This document shows, piece after piece, positions 1 to 11,237 of a stretch of 64,000 nucleotides of DNA; within the stretch, counting starts at the first letter, position 1; the number at the start of each line of letters is the position of its first letter. The notes beneath the pieces were generated by a model, which was not told where the DNA came from, made no database searches, and saw only the letters and a program-made list of their open reading frames with translations. The stretch comes from Caecitellus pseudoparvulus. Its lineage: Eukaryota; Protista; Bigyra: Bicosoecida. The position numbers and the translations under genes are program-made. Where the stretch lies: positions 310,001 to 374,000 of the forward strand of contig CBFFRQ010000068.1 in assembly GCA_965644315.1 (NCBI GenBank), read 5' to 3'.

Positions 1-3000
1 GACATCAGCCCATATAGCCAGCCTGTGTTTTCTGTATCAAATGACTTCTCTGTCTTCCGAACCTACGGGAATGCTGACATCGACATCTTTTGCGCAGCAG
101 AGAACGTGGCCAGCTGTGCAGCAAAGATGGGCCCATTGCTACAGCACGCCGCCTCTGTCCCACAGGCTGGAGGGAACCCAATTTTTGGATGCAAACGACC
201 AGTCGTGAACCCCTGTTGGATCAGGAATGGGACAGCCATGGGCGTGGCGTTCGTTGAGGACGAGTGGCGCTCTGGCCGCTGCATGTCTTTCCCGTTAAAG
301 CCAAGCGTGCGTGCGCCGATCACCGTGGGCGAAGCAGTGCTCGAGTGCAGCGACATCATCGCACCACTGCAAGGAGTTCTGACAAACTTTGACACCCCCG
401 CGGTCCGTGAGCAGTACGAACAGCGGATGGCAGTCTCGCAGACCGCCAGCGCGCCTCCAGCCGCTTGGATTGGACTAAACATGACCACCCTCCCTGACCC
501 TGTAAAGGAGAAGGGCCCCTTTTGGGAAACGTCCACGTTTGGCTTCCATGAGTCCCCCACTGAGTACTGGTATGGCACGCTCAATGAGCTTGGCTTTATC
601 GCCGGGCAAAGCATTCAAGACGGCTCAGAGCGCTGTGCCCTGATGACCATCTCAAATGGAGGGTATGCGCCCAACCTTGGGTCCCCATACACAACCGGAT
701 GCACTGGTACCCACGATGCCTTGAGTTGCGCATTTCCTTCCCTCGTGCAGCAAGTTTACTGGAATGTCCCGTGGCATGGAGCGTACAGCCTGGGCAACGC
801 AACCGGGCCCCTGCGGCCTGGTCCTCCGCCAGTTTGCGCAGCCAACAGCATGCCCTCCCCAAGTGCCACTGCTTCGCCATTTCCGACTGTAAGTGGGACT
901 TCGACGGCCCATACAACGCCTTCGACCTCGTCCACTTCTTCGCCATCTTCAACTGCGCTCCCTACGGGCAGCGGGACCGCCACTCCACCCCAGACCCAGC
1001 CTCCTTCCCCTTCGCCATCGAGCACTTCCACTCCATCCAGCACTTCCACTGCTTCCAGCGCAAGGTCGCCCTCCGGAACAGCATCTCTAACGGCAACGGT
1101 AACCCCAAGCGTCACAGTCACGCCCAGTGCCAGCTCGACAGGCAGTGGAACACCATCTTCTTTCTCAACCCCATCGGTTACTGGCTCTGGAACTCCGTCA
1201 GCATCCAGCACACCCACAGGCACACCGAGTCACTCAAGCTCTGCGACAGGCACCCCATCAGCGTCTCCGTCCTCCAGCAACACAGCCAGCACTTCGCCGA
1301 CAGCAACACGCTCGTCAACGGCAAAGGGCACACCTTCTGGCACGCCATCCATGTCAGCCTCCAATTCCGCCTCTCCGACAGGGACTTCCACGGCATCCAG
1401 TACGCCTTCTCACACCGTAACCCCCACCCAATCACCCTCTACATCGCCGACTCAGACTTCCATGGCAACGACGACCAACTCGCCGTCGACCACCGTGTCC
1501 TTGTCTCCGTCTGCAACTGCTAGCGCAACGACCTCGGTCACGCCAACTGCTGCGGCGACGGGCACAGCATCGGCCACGTCCAGCAGGACAGCTGACCCCA
1601 CCTCCAGTGGCACGCCACGCAGCACGGCGTCACCGACAGCGACGGCCACACCGACACACTCGCCCACCTCCTCCCCGACCGCCTCTGGAACCGCAACGCC
1701 CAGCGCCACAAGCACACCGACAAATACCCCCTCACAAACCCCATCTCCTTCTTCGCCCATCTGCCCGCCACTCTTCGTCAGTGGTACACTTGGGAGTTGG
1801 CGCTGCTCGTCAGGTGACAGCGCACAACCAGTGCAATTCTCGCCAGGAGCTGCCACATTGCCAGCTGGAGTGGGTGCTCGCTGCCTGTTCAGTTGCCCGC
1901 CAGGTTTTGCCCCTTGGGGCCTTGTTGGGGCAAAGTGTGTCTTCTCCGGAGCAGGTGCATGGTCGTTCGCACTGCTGCCTGACAGCAGCCCACACACGCT
2001 CGCCTCTGTGTGGGAGGCCCCCTCAGTATGGGATACCGCACCCTCGGGCGCGGCCTTCCCGTCTGCCCCTCAGTGTGTCCGTGTCGCCCCCTTGGCTCCT
2101 GGCCAGCCCACTGTGCTGCAAGTATGTCAGCAGCAAGCAGCGCTGAGCTGGCAGCCGGGGCCTGCACAGCAGCCGCTCTCCTTGCCACCCACCAGCTATG
2201 CATGGTCGCGGCAGCACTTTTCGTGGTTGCTCTCGCTTCCTGTAGGCGTCTCGGGGGGTGCATCATCAGGTGTTGGCTCCGCCGCACTGGCACCCTCTGC
2301 AGCCTTCTCTGGCGCGAACGTGACAGCACTGGCGCAGGTGCTGCGGCAGCAGTGGATCGGGCTGCATGCGGCAGTGGCCACTGGCCTCAGCTTCTATGCT
2401 GTGTTTCCCCACGTGAATGGGACGCAAGCTGAGATCCCAGCAGCAGTGCAAGGCAGCGTCGCGGCGTACTCGCAAGCCACTGGACAGAGCGCCCTGTTGG
2501 CGACGGTGCTTGACCCTGCCTTGGTCCCGCGAGGCAACGTGGTGGGCATGCCGGTGGACACGCTGGTGTCCTTCACTGTCAGGGCTGGGAATGCCTGGGG
2601 CATGTCGAGTGCTTCTACAGAGTCGCGGCCAGTGCGGTTTTCGTCGTCAGAGTGCGGCGCAGTGGCCTTCTCCGCCCGGGTCGCGGGCGGAGCATCGCTC
2701 ACTACGGACGCGAACAAGGGCAACCAGCCGCCTCCGATAGTTTTCGGCGCATCAAGAACAAGAGCCCACGACCGCCGCCTCCTGCAGAGCGGCCCTGGCG
2801 TTGTGCTGGACGCCCGAGTGGGCACGCTGCCGCCTGATCTGACGTGGCCCGAGGTGCCACAGCAGCCGGGCGCGCCAACTGCAGACACGCCCATGTGGAT
2901 CGGCCCCTCGCTGACTCCTCGAGGCGTCGTCATGGCGCTGAGTCTGAGCGACCCGCCAGGCAGATTCGAGAGGGTGGACATCGCCTGCTCTGTAGCCAGG

Positions 3001-6000
3001 CTTGGTGCTGGCGATGCGCCTCCTGCGTTGGCAGTCGTGCCCGAGGCCGTGACTGGCTGGGGCGACCAGGCTGCACCACAAGCAAGTTCGACCTCTCCCG
3101 ATCTTTTAAACCTGGAATTCCAACTCCTGGCTCCGTGGGACGTGTCTCCCTCCCGCTTCAGCGAGCTGGCTGGCTTGCACCGCGTGCAGTGCAGCATTCA
3201 GTCGACTCTCGTGTCCGCTGCCCCAGCCAGCGCCATTCAAGTGTATGCAGGCTTGCCAAACCTGGAGCTGCATGTAAACTACTTGCCGAGCATTGTGCCG
3301 ACCATCGGGGACATGCTGCTGCAGCTACCAGACGGCGCCTGGGCATCCTCATGGACCGGAAGCGCGCCCACTGCCGCAGACTTGGGGCAGGTTGAAGGTG
3401 TGACTGACAGTGCTGCTGGTGCAGGTACTGTTGCTGTTCTTCCTGGCGAGGTTGTCGCCGCGGAGGCGCTGCCACGGTCCCTTGCCGAGGTGTTTCGAGC
3501 CGCCCGCAGTGCCCCTCTGATCCCTGCCCCCGTCGCCCCACTCTCCCCGACTTCGTCCCTCCTCGAGCACTTTCAGTACGCACCAGCCCGCGCTGGGGCC
3601 GCTCCGTCGGCTTTCTTCTCCATGACAGTGACCGGGCAGCAGCGTATTGCGCTGGTTGGTCCCAGCTTGCAGGGCGTGTTGGTGTCCCCGCCTGGCAGCC
3701 CGGTTGGCGAGCCCAGGGACAGGGCCTCGCAGCCATTCACCTTTGCCCCAGGCGTACGGGCATGGTTGGGGGACGCGGAGGTGAACGTCTCACATGTGTC
3801 CTGTGATGGGACCGTCCTGCTTGCCACAACGCCGTCGTTTGCCGCCATGTGCCCCGGGGGGGGGGCGTCCTGCACCGGGGACCGCGCATACCGAACACTG
3901 TGGATCGCTAACCCCCCCATCATTCCACCTGGCTTCTTGCAGCTGGTTGAGGACACTTGGCAGCGCCGGCGGGCAGGCCTCCCGCCGACCTGCGACTGGA
4001 TCCGACCAGGCAGCAGCCTGTATTCGTCTGGCCTGCGAGCATGGGGTTTTGCACCCACCGCAACAAACGCTTCGGCACGTGTGGTGCTGGCACCCGGTGA
4101 CGTGTCTGGCTCCAGCATTGCCTGTCCAGGTGCTTGCCCGGGACTGTCCGCTGCGACCACCTCAGACGGGTCTGCCGCCAGTGCACCGTATTCCTACGGT
4201 GTGTATGTGACCGACCAGTGTGTTGGATTCCCCCCCTCCGGATCGCTGTGCTTCGAGCCTCAGTTTCGGTCCCAGTGCGCTTTCGGCGCGGCAGATGACT
4301 GCGAGCCGTGCGGTGAAGGTGCGGTGTGCCCGGGGGGATATCGCCGGTGGCCCCTGCCTGGCTACTGGGCGGACGGGGAGGCCAGCCCGGCTGGGGTGAT
4401 GAAGTGCGACCCACCCCAAGAGCGATGCCTGGGGTGGGACGTGGACTCAGCCTCGGCCGCGTGTGGGGTGGGATACAACACCCGCGCAGTCGCATGTGGA
4501 GCCTGCGCTGATGGCTACTTCCCCGAGCCATCGGGGGCTTGTGCTGCATGTCCCGAAGGTGTAGGCTTTGTCACAATGCTGGTGTTTCTTGGCTACTTCG
4601 CAGCGGCCTGCCTGGCGCTGTTCCTGGCCACGGCCGCAGCCATCCGAGTGGCCATGTGGCTGCGTGGGGGCACGTTCTCGGGTGGAATTGTCAGGGCAGC
4701 CGAGTTCGTCATGTGGACCGTCACCACTCTGCAAGTCCTGGTGCAGGTGGGCCGTTCTGCCAGCCCCGGTCTGCCAGGGTACATGGCCACGCTGTACGCT
4801 CGTCTGAATGTCTTTCAGTTCGACTCCTCCAGCCTGCTGCACCCCGCCTGCTACGCACTGGGGGTCTTCACCATGGAGCTCATGCAGCTCAGCGGAGCGC
4901 TCGCGCTGGTGTGCATGTCTGCTGGGTTGACGGTGTGGAAGCACACGCAGGCCGTGCAACGACCTGCCACCCTGTTCTCGTGCGCCGGCATGTGGTGGGG
5001 GCTGTCCGCTCTGAAGCCGTGGCTGCGCAGAGCGGCGTTCACGCTGATGACGCTGCTGTATCCGCTCCTCACGAACACAGCCTTTACAATGCTGCACTGT
5101 GTTCCTGTTGCCATGGATGTGACCTCCGAACAGAGCCGTAGTGGGGTGTTGCAAGGCCCAGCGGTGAACACCAGCTCCCTCCGGCCTCAGGCGGCACAGT
5201 CAGTGTCTTACAGGCTAGCTTCCAACACATTTTACGAGTGCTTCGAAGGGCCGCATGTCACCCCCTTCTACCTCGCCATCCTTGTCGTCGTCCTGTACGT
5301 TGTGGGGTATCCGCTGATGTCATTCCTGTGGGTCCGCAGCCGTCTGCAGCGAACTGTGCGCCGCTCCAAGGCAGGGCCGGAGTATGCAGCGTTGCTTGTG
5401 CAAAAGGCCAAGCAGGAGCAGGTGGTGTCCACCAACCGCAGGCAGAAGTGCCGTGCCTGCCTAGCCACGGCCCAGGTCTCCTTATGTCCCTGCACGGTGC
5501 GCCGCACGGCCAGGGGGGCTGGCCCACGGCGTCGCAGCAAGGCCGTCAAGACCATCCTGCACGACCCCCCGACGCAAGCAAGCATGGACATCACGCGGAC
5601 CCCCATGAGCACGACAAACCCGCTCCTAGCAAGCCAGGGCACGCGGGCTCACCGCCGCGCGTCTGTCGTGATGGCCAAAGCCAACCCAGCCTTCGGCAAG
5701 GCGCACACTACCAAGGCCGCGGCACGCAGTGGCAAGGCCCTGCGGCACGAGGGCTTGTCCCGAGCAGACCGACTGCAGGCCATGCGGAGGAAACGGTCCA
5801 AGCGCCGAATGGCCATGGAGAGCGCTGGCGTGTCCCCTCATGCTGTGGCCGGAGGCGGCGGCGGCGGCGAATCCCAGCGCTCTAACATTGTGACGCCAGG
5901 CATGCATGCCCCTCGCGGGCACGATGGGGAGCTGGACCAAGACGAAGAGGAGTGGCTGGCAAGCCGCTTTGGCGGCGGAACAGGCACCCAGACTCCAGGC

Positions 6001-7560
6001 AGCGGCGCCAGCAAGGCGCACTCCTCCCTCGCCGGCGTGCTGCAAGATCGCTACCAGCAAGCCCTGCAGCTAGAGGGCTTTGCGGGCATGGACGCCGTGC
6101 GGGCACGGCAAGCACTGCTGCGGGAGCGTGGTGCTGGCGTTGGCAGCGGGCCCGCTCTGACACAGACGGCAGTCTCTGGAGCCAGCAAGCTCGTCGACGA
6201 CCCCCTGCTGTCCACAGCAGGCAGCGGAGGACAGGGACAGGGCATGGTGAACCCCTTGCTGTCAGGCGGCGGCCCGAGTGCCTCCTCTCCCGTGCCAGAG
6301 AGGAGCCGTGCCCGGCCTGCCCAGGCGCCTGCGCCGCCCAGCGTGTGTCGGCTGTCGCTGTGCTGCTGCCTGCCCCCTGCGTGCTACTACGTGGTGTGCA
6401 CCGTGCCACAGGCCCGCCTCGCTGCCTGCGTACGGAAGGTGGGGCAAAGGCTGGGCTGCAGCATGCTGCGCGGGGCAGCGACCCCCCTGCAAATCACTCG
6501 GGCACGCTTGGACAGCATGCTGGATTCCAGTGTCGAAGTACAGGCGCACATCGGCCTGCAGCACTTTGTCAGCGTGGACTACCGCCCCAGCAAGTTCTTC
6601 TTCCGCCAAGCCGACCTGCTGCTGCTGGCAGTGCTGTCAGTCGTGTTGGTGTTCATGCCGGGCGACTCGTCAGCCTCCTGGGCGGCAGGCGCCTTAGCAG
6701 CCACCCTGCTCCCAGTGCTGGGCCTGGCCGCGTGGACTGCCGCGGCGCAGCCGTACCTGCGTGGCCACGAGTGGAAGGGGCCTGTGCGTGTGGGCGCTTT
6801 GCTCGTCACGGCCGTGGCTGCCGTGCTGAACTACGTCACTGTCTGCACACACGTCCTGCGCACCTGCGCCTCCTCCCAGCCGCTCGTGGAGGGGCTGTCA
6901 GTCGGTGTGGTGCTGCTGGCGGCAGTACTGCTGGCAGTGCTGTTTGTGTCGTTTTGGAGGGTCTTGCTGTCAGGCGCGGCGCTGGAAGCAGCCCTATCCA
7001 GGGCCAGTGCCAAGCGCACCAGGTCACCGGGGTCGTTGCCCGCTGACCCCATCAAGTACCAGCCTGGCGGCAACCCCCTCCTGCAGCCCTCTTCGGCGCC
7101 TCGGGCCCCCGGCACGGAACACCGCCGACCTCTGTCACAAGCTCCTCGACCGGTGGCCTTGCAGCCGAAACCACTGTCTGCCTCCACGCGCAAGCTGCTC
7201 ACTGCGTCACACACCTTTGCATCTGGAGCCGTTGCTGATGCCCGCACCTTGGCCACGCCTGAGCGCGCCCGGCAGCGGCGGAGCAAAGCTGAGGCTGCAG
7301 CTGCGGCAAAGAAGGCAAAGCTGCAGCGGATGCGCACGGAAGCTGCCATCCCCCACGGCATTGCCGCATTCAAGGGTCTGGGGGGGCGAGTGTCGGCTAC
7401 TCCGTCACAGCCAGGTGACATTGCGCCCTCGTCCGTGCTGGACAAGCAGCGCCCAGCTACTGCCGTCCCTGAAACGAAGGGCGGCCCGTCAAAGGCCCAG
7501 GCCCTGTCGGCGTTTGCAAGTCGCCCAGTCAAGGCCAGGGGATCGCGCCAGTCTGTGTGA
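1..7560 (+). CDS. Large cell-surface receptor-like protein, 5'-truncated: C-type-lectin-like domain, Ser/Thr/Pro mucin stalk, Sushi/FN3/IPT-like modules, Cys-rich region, multi-pass TM domain, long cytoplasmic segments
   Basis: The frame is open from base 1 (DISPYSQPVF...) to TGA at 7560. Motifs: lectin-like AWIGLN...ERCALM; CLFSCPPGF Sushi-like; FTVRAGNAWGMS FN3-like; CEPCGEGAVCPGG..WPLPGYW and CGVGYNTRAVACGACADGYF Cys-rich motifs. Several hydrophobic helices follow ~4570 and ~6610. Confidence 0.8.
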   Translation, partial: DISPYSQPVFSVSNDFSVFRTYGNADIDIFCAAENVASCAAKMGPLLQHAASVPQAGGNPIFGCKRPVVNPCWIRNGTAMGVAFVEDEWRSGRCMSFPLKPSVRAPITVGEAVLECSDIIAPLQGVLTNFDTPAVREQYEQRMAVSQTASAPPAAWIGLNMTTLPDPVKEKGPFWETSTFGFHESPTEYWYGTLNELGFIAGQSIQDGSERCALMTISNGGYAPNLGSPYTTGCTGTHDALSCAFPSLVQQVYWNVPWHGAYSLGNATGPLRPGPPPVCAANSMPSPSATASPFPTVSGTSTAHTTPSTSSTSSPSSTALPTGSGTATPPQTQPPSPSPSSTSTPSSTSTASSARSPSGTASLTATVTPSVTVTPSASSTGSGTPSSFSTPSVTGSGTPSASSTPTGTPSHSSSATGTPSASPSSSNTASTSPTATRSSTAKGTPSGTPSMSASNSASPTGTSTASSTPSHTVTPTQSPSTSPTQTSMATTTNSPSTTVSLSPSATASATTSVTPTAAATGTASATSSRTADPTSSGTPRSTASPTATATPTHSPTSSPTASGTATPSATSTPTNTPSQTPSPSSPICPPLFVSGTLGSWRCSSGDSAQPVQFSPGAATLPAGVGARCLFSCPPGFAPWGLVGAKCVFSGAGAWSFALLPDSSPHTLASVWEAPSVWDTAPSGAAFPSAPQCVRVAPLAPGQPTVLQVCQQQAALSWQPGPAQQPLSLPPTSYAWSRQHFSWLLSLPVGVSGGASSGVGSAALAPSAAFSGANVTALAQVLRQQWIGLHAAVATGLSFYAVFPHVNGTQAEIPAAVQGSVAAYSQATGQSALLATVLDPALVPRGNVVGMPVDTLVSFTVRAGNAWGMSSASTESRPVRFSSSECGAVAFSARVAGGASLTTDANKGNQPPPIVFGASRTRAHDRRLLQSGPGVVLDARVGTLPPDLTWPEVPQQPGAPTADTPMWIGPSLTPRGVVMALSLSDPPGRFERVDIACSVARLGAGDAPPALAVVPEAVTGWGDQAAPQASSTSPDLLNLEFQLLAPWDVSPSRFSELAGLHRVQCSIQSTLVSAAPASAIQVYAGLPNLELHVNYLPSIVPTIGDMLLQLPDGAWASSWTGSAPTAADLGQVEGVTDSAAGAGTVAVLPGEVVAAEALPRSLAEVFRAARSAPLIPAPVAPLSPTSSLLEHFQYAPARAGAAPSAFFSMTVTGQQRIALVGPSLQGVLVSPPGSPVGEPRDRASQPFTFAPGVRAWLGDAEVNVSHVSCDGTVLLATTPSFAAMCPGGGASCTGDRAYRTLWIANPPIIPPGFLQLVEDTWQRRRAGLPPTCDWIRPGSSLYSSGLRAWGFAPTATNASARVVLAPGDVSGSSIACPGACPGLSAATTSDGSAASAPYSYGVYVTDQCVGFPPSGSLCFEPQFRSQCAFGAADDCEPCGEGAVCPGGYRRWPLPGYWADGEASPAGVMKCDPPQERCLGWDVDSASAACGVGYNTRAVACGACADGYFPEPSGACAACPEGVGFVTMLVFLGYFAAACLALFLATAAAIRVAMWLRGGTFSGGIVRAAEFVMWTVTTLQVLVQVGRSASPGLPGYMATLYARLNVFQFDSSSLLHPACYALGVFTMELMQLSGALALVCMSAGLTVWKHTQAVQRPATLFSCAGMWWGLSALKPWLRRAAFTLMTLLYPLLTNTAFTMLHCVPVAMDVTSEQSRSGVLQGPAVNTSSLRPQAAQSVSYRLASNTFYECFEGPHVTPFYLAILVVVLYVVGYPLMSFLWVRSRLQRTVRRSKAGPEYAALLVQKAKQEQVVSTNRRQKCRACLATAQVSLCPCTVRRTARGAGPRRRSKAVKTILHDPPTQASMDITRTPMSTTNPLLASQGTRAHRRASVVMAKANPAFGKAHTTKAAARSGKALRHEGLSRADRLQAMRRKRSKRRMAMESAGVSPHAVAGGGGGGESQRSNIVTPGMHAPRGHDGELDQDEEEWLASRFGGGTGTQTPGSGASKAHSSLAGVLQDRYQQALQLEGFAGMDAVRARQALLRERGAGVGSGPALTQTAVSGASKLVDDPLLSTAGSGGQGQGMVNPLLSGGGPSASSPVPERSRARPAQAPAPPSVCRLSLCCCLPPACYYVVCTVPQARLAACVRKVGQRLGCSMLRGAATPLQITRARLDSMLDSSVEVQAHIGLQHFVSVDYRPSKFFFRQADLLLLAVLSVVLVFMPGDSSASWAAGALAATLLPVLGLAAWTAAAQPYLRGHEWKGPVRVGALLVTAVAAVLNYVTVCTHVLRTCASSQPLVEGLSVGVVLLAAVLLAVLFVSFWRVLLSGAALEAALSRASAKRTRSPGSLPADPIKYQPGGNPLLQPSSAPRAPGTEHRRPLSQAPRPVALQPKPLSASTRKLLTASHTFASGAVADARTLATPERARQRRSKAEAAAAAKKAKLQRMRTEAAIPHGIAAFKGLGGRVSATPSQPGDIAPSSVLDKQRPATAVPETKGGPSKAQALSAFASRPVKARGSRQSV
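850..1760 (+). repeat. Low-complexity Ser/Thr/Pro mucin-like coding repeat (TPSxS/T)
   Basis: About 300 codons dominated by S/T/P/A with recurring TPS, SPT and GTPS units. Confidence 0.85.
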
Positions 7561-7758
7561 GAGCTTGATGTCCAACCGGCGTGGAACCCCCCCCCCTCAC
7601 TATGCTCAAATGAACCTACCCAATCAAAACATACCTCACAAATACCGAGCTTGATCACGGAAAGCGCAGCATCATCATTCTCAAAGCAGCCAGGTGCTGC
7701 AGAGCTGCGTGCTCTTGCTGGCTACGCTGGTGTTTGGCGAGAACAGGGCAGCCACACC

Positions 7759-9872
7759 ATGTCAGAGCTTGCCACGGCGGCGCGTGAGTTCACGACCCGC
7801 CTGCTGCGTCCTGCATAAGCAAGTTACTCATGTGCTGCCCTCCCCCACCTCTGCCACAGATAGCCGCCGTGAGCGCTACGTGCAGGCCATCGCGGAAATG
7901 GTGGCGGGGCTGACGCAGGTGAGCCTCTCTAAATCCGTGCCCAGGGCGCGCACAGTCGCACCCCAGCCCTGTCCCCGCAAGCAGGCATACGATAACAAGA
8001 AGCCGCTGAACTTCTCCAAATTCAAGCTGGACATCGCGCGCAAGTACAAGCTGGAGACAACTCCAAGGGTACGTGGCCGTGTATTTCCGCACCGCCACAC
8101 CAACGACCTGCCACACTCCAGCCTCCTTGCTCGAAGTACAGATGGTGGACATCATTGCGGCCATCCCCCTTGACTACAAGGAAAAGCTGACACCATTCCT
8201 GAAGGCAAAGCCCATCCGCTCTGCCTCGGGCGTGTCGGTCGTCGCAGTGATGAGCAAGCCACATCGATGCCCGCACATCCACTTCACGGGCAACGTGTGT
8301 GTGTACTGCCCTGGCGGGCCTGACTCAGACTTCGAGTACTCCACCCAAGCATACACTGGCTACGAGCCCACAAGCATGCGTGCCATCCGGAGCCGGTATG
8401 ACCCGTACCTGCAGACTCGGGACCGGGTGACACAGCTGCGAAGTCTGGGCCACACTGTTGACAAGGTGCGTGGCGTGTCTGTGGCCTGCCCCAACGCCCC
8501 TGTCGCTATACCCTGCCAGTGCCACCCCAGGCCAGCAGCGGCACGTAACAGGAGGCAACATGGAACCCGGGCGGGTCTCTGGCGCGTGGGCTGACACCCC
8601 CCTCACATGCGTTTGTACCTTGTCCACACCCCCCTCCTTTCTCAGGTGGAATTCATCGTCATGGGCGGCACGTTCATGTCTCTGGACGCCCAGTACAGGG
8701 ACTACTTCATCCGCAACCTCCACGATGCGCTGAGTGGGCATTCCTCTGCCTCGGTGCCGGAAGCCGTAAGCTTCTCGGAGCAGGCCAACACCAAGTGCAT
8801 TGGCATCACCATCGAGACGCGGCCTGACTACTGCCTGCGCCCGCACCTGAACGACATGCTGTCGTACGGCTGCACCCGCATCGAAATTGGGGTGCAGAGC
8901 GTGTATGAGGACGTGGCACGGGACACGAACCGCGGGCACACCGTGGCGGCCGTGTCCAACGCCTTCGCTCTGAGTCGGGACTCGGGTTTCAAGGTTGTCA
9001 CTCACATGATGCCAGACCTGCCCAACATGGGGTGGGAGCGGGACTTGGCAGGCTTCGCGGAGTTCTTCGAGAACCCTGCCTTCAGGCCAGATGGCCTGAA
9101 GATCTACCCCACCCTGGTCATTCGAGGGACAGGGCTGTACGAGCTGTGGAAGACGGGCGCGTACCAAAACTATCCCCCCGAGCAGCTGGTGGACCTGGTG
9201 GCACGGGTCCTCGCCATGGTGCCGCCCTGGACTCGCGTGTACCGCATCCAGCGAGACATCCCCATGCCGCTTGTCACATCCGGCGTGGAGAACGGCAACT
9301 TGCGGGAGCTGTCCCTGGCTCGGATGCGCGAGCTGGGGCTGGCCTGCCGGGACGTGCGCACACGGGAGGCTGGCATCCGGGACATCCACCACCGCGTGCG
9401 GCCCGATCAGGTGGAGTTGGTTCGGCGGGACTACTGGGCCAACGGCGGCTGGGAGACGTTCCTGTCCTACGAAGACCCCGCCCAGGATATCCTCGTGGGG
9501 CTCCTGCGCCTCCGCCGCCTCTCCCCCGCCAGCACCTTCCGCAAGGAGTTGTCCTTGCCAGGTGGCGCCATGCCCGGTGCAGAGAGCCTGGACGACTCGG
9601 TGCGCTGGGACAGTGCGCTGGGGGGCACAGGGGTGTCCATGGTGCGGGAGCTGCACGTGTACGGCAGCGCCGTGCCAGTGCACGGGCGCGACCCCACCAA
9701 GTTCCAGCACCAGGGCTTTGGCACGCTGCTCATGGAGGAGGCGGAGCGCATCGCCAGGTCCGAGCATGGCTCGGACAAGCTTGCCGTGATTGCCGGCGTC
9801 GGCACGCGGTACTACTACCGCAAGCTGGGCTACTCCTTGGACGGCCCGTACATGTCGAAAATGTTAATGTGA
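7759..9872 (+). CDS. ELP3: Elongator complex protein 3 (radical SAM + GNAT acetyltransferase)
   Basis: Motifs: [92 protein letters not shown]. Phase-compatible GT-AG introns at 7784-7859, 7919-7984, 8069-8141 and 8466-8645. Confidence 0.97.
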
Positions 9873-9921
9873 ACTGTTTTGCGAGCGTGTTTGTTCTCAG
9901 CCAATGCAAGCGTTTGTCTCA

Positions 9922-10998
9922 TCAGCCCTCAGTGGCTTCGGCAGGGGTGGCAGCGTCCGCTGGCACTGGGAAGACAGCAGACGCTGACGGTGCCACACCG
10001 GAGGCAAGTAAGGCGTAGAAGTCATCCCCGGCCTCCACGCCAGCCCGCTTGCTGAGGGCTCGTGCAGCGCGCTGCTGGGCCTTGGCCAGGAAGGCCAGGA
10101 ACTTGACCTCTTTGCTTGACAGCTGCGGGTGCCAGATGTCCGCGATGAGGACCAGGCGGGGGGATGCACACCAGTTCCACGCCTCGTGCTGGAAAGAATC
10201 GTCAAAGAGGATGGGTTCGCCCTGGCGGTGCAGGACCACTTCGTCTGCCACCCGCAAGCCACAACCTACGGCCAGCCTGTCGTGCGCGCTGCCGCGCTCA
10301 CCAGGTGCGACTTGATCCGGAGGGACGCTGATGGGGATTTGCAGGCGCAGTTTCTTGTTGGTTGGGCCGTGGTGTGGCGTGATGTGGGTCCCCGCAGCCA
10401 TGGCGGAAAACATGCTGTGGTTGTAGGCTCGGGGGAGCGCCCCGAGGACCCGCATCGTCACGGGGCAGGCGCTGGCAGCCGTCGCCGTGTCCACGTCGTG
10501 CAGGTGCAGGTACAGCACGTTCCACTGGCCGGAGTCTGTGCCCAGGCGAGCTGCTGCACTGCCATCACCCGACCATGTTGGCGCCTTGTACTCTTGGAAT
10601 CCCACAGCTTCAGCCTCGCCGCCCTCGCCCGTCGGCTTGCGCAAGGCGAGCACTTCTGCCTGAATGTCGGGCAGCGCAGGGGCCACCACATCCCTCAGCC
10701 ATTCGTCGAGGCCTGGCACGGCGTCGGTCGACCACAGGGGCTTTGCTGTGAGGGAGGGGAGCACCTCGGGGCATCCAGCTTGCCACTCAGAGGGGGGCTT
10801 TGCCCTGGCACCTCCTCGCCGGTGGACAAGCTCAGCTCGGAGCCACTCTCCAACGGCAGCAAAATCCGCACCGCCATCCTCCAGCGCACTCGCCACGAAC
10901 CGCTGAGCCATGACAGCTGAGAACTTTGACAGGCCCATGTCACTCCACATCTCATCTAGGCTGTCGCTCATGCTCGGTGCATCATCTGTCGCTGCCAT
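9922..10998 (-). CDS. Aspartyl/asparaginyl beta-hydroxylase-family 2OG-Fe(II) oxygenase
   Basis: GQWNVLYL, CPVTMRVL, MFSAMAAGTHITPHHGPTNKKLR, FDDSFQHEAWN and RLVLIADIWHP are hallmark Asp_Arg_Hydrox motifs. Start assumed at ATG 10998 (MAATDD). Confidence 0.9.
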   Translation of the reverse strand: MAATDDAPSMSDSLDEMWSDMGLSKFSAVMAQRFVASALEDGGADFAAVGEWLRAELVHRRGGARAKPPSEWQAGCPEVLPSLTAKPLWSTDAVPGLDEWLRDVVAPALPDIQAEVLALRKPTGEGGEAEAVGFQEYKAPTWSGDGSAAARLGTDSGQWNVLYLHLHDVDTATAASACPVTMRVLGALPRAYNHSMFSAMAAGTHITPHHGPTNKKLRLQIPISVPPDQVAPGERGSAHDRLAVGCGLRVADEVVLHRQGEPILFDDSFQHEAWNWCASPRLVLIADIWHPQLSSKEVKFLAFLAKAQQRAARALSKRAGVEAGDDFYALLASGVAPSASAVFPVPADAATPAEATEG

Positions 10999-11237
10999 GC
11001 TCAGGAGCAGAGGGCTGTTTCCCGGCAAGGCAAAGCGTGGCTGGCTTGCGAGGATGTTTCGATTCACGCCAAAGCACTAGGAAGCCAGCAGGCTCTCCCT
11101 GTTCCAGTCGTCAGTGCAGGCGCACATCGAGGGTGGATGTCTTGGTGCGGTTGGATTGTGCAACCGTCCCCACAAACAACGTCACACGCACACACTGCGT
11201 GGCAAGGATGCCCCGCTGCAACAACACGATGGCCCTC

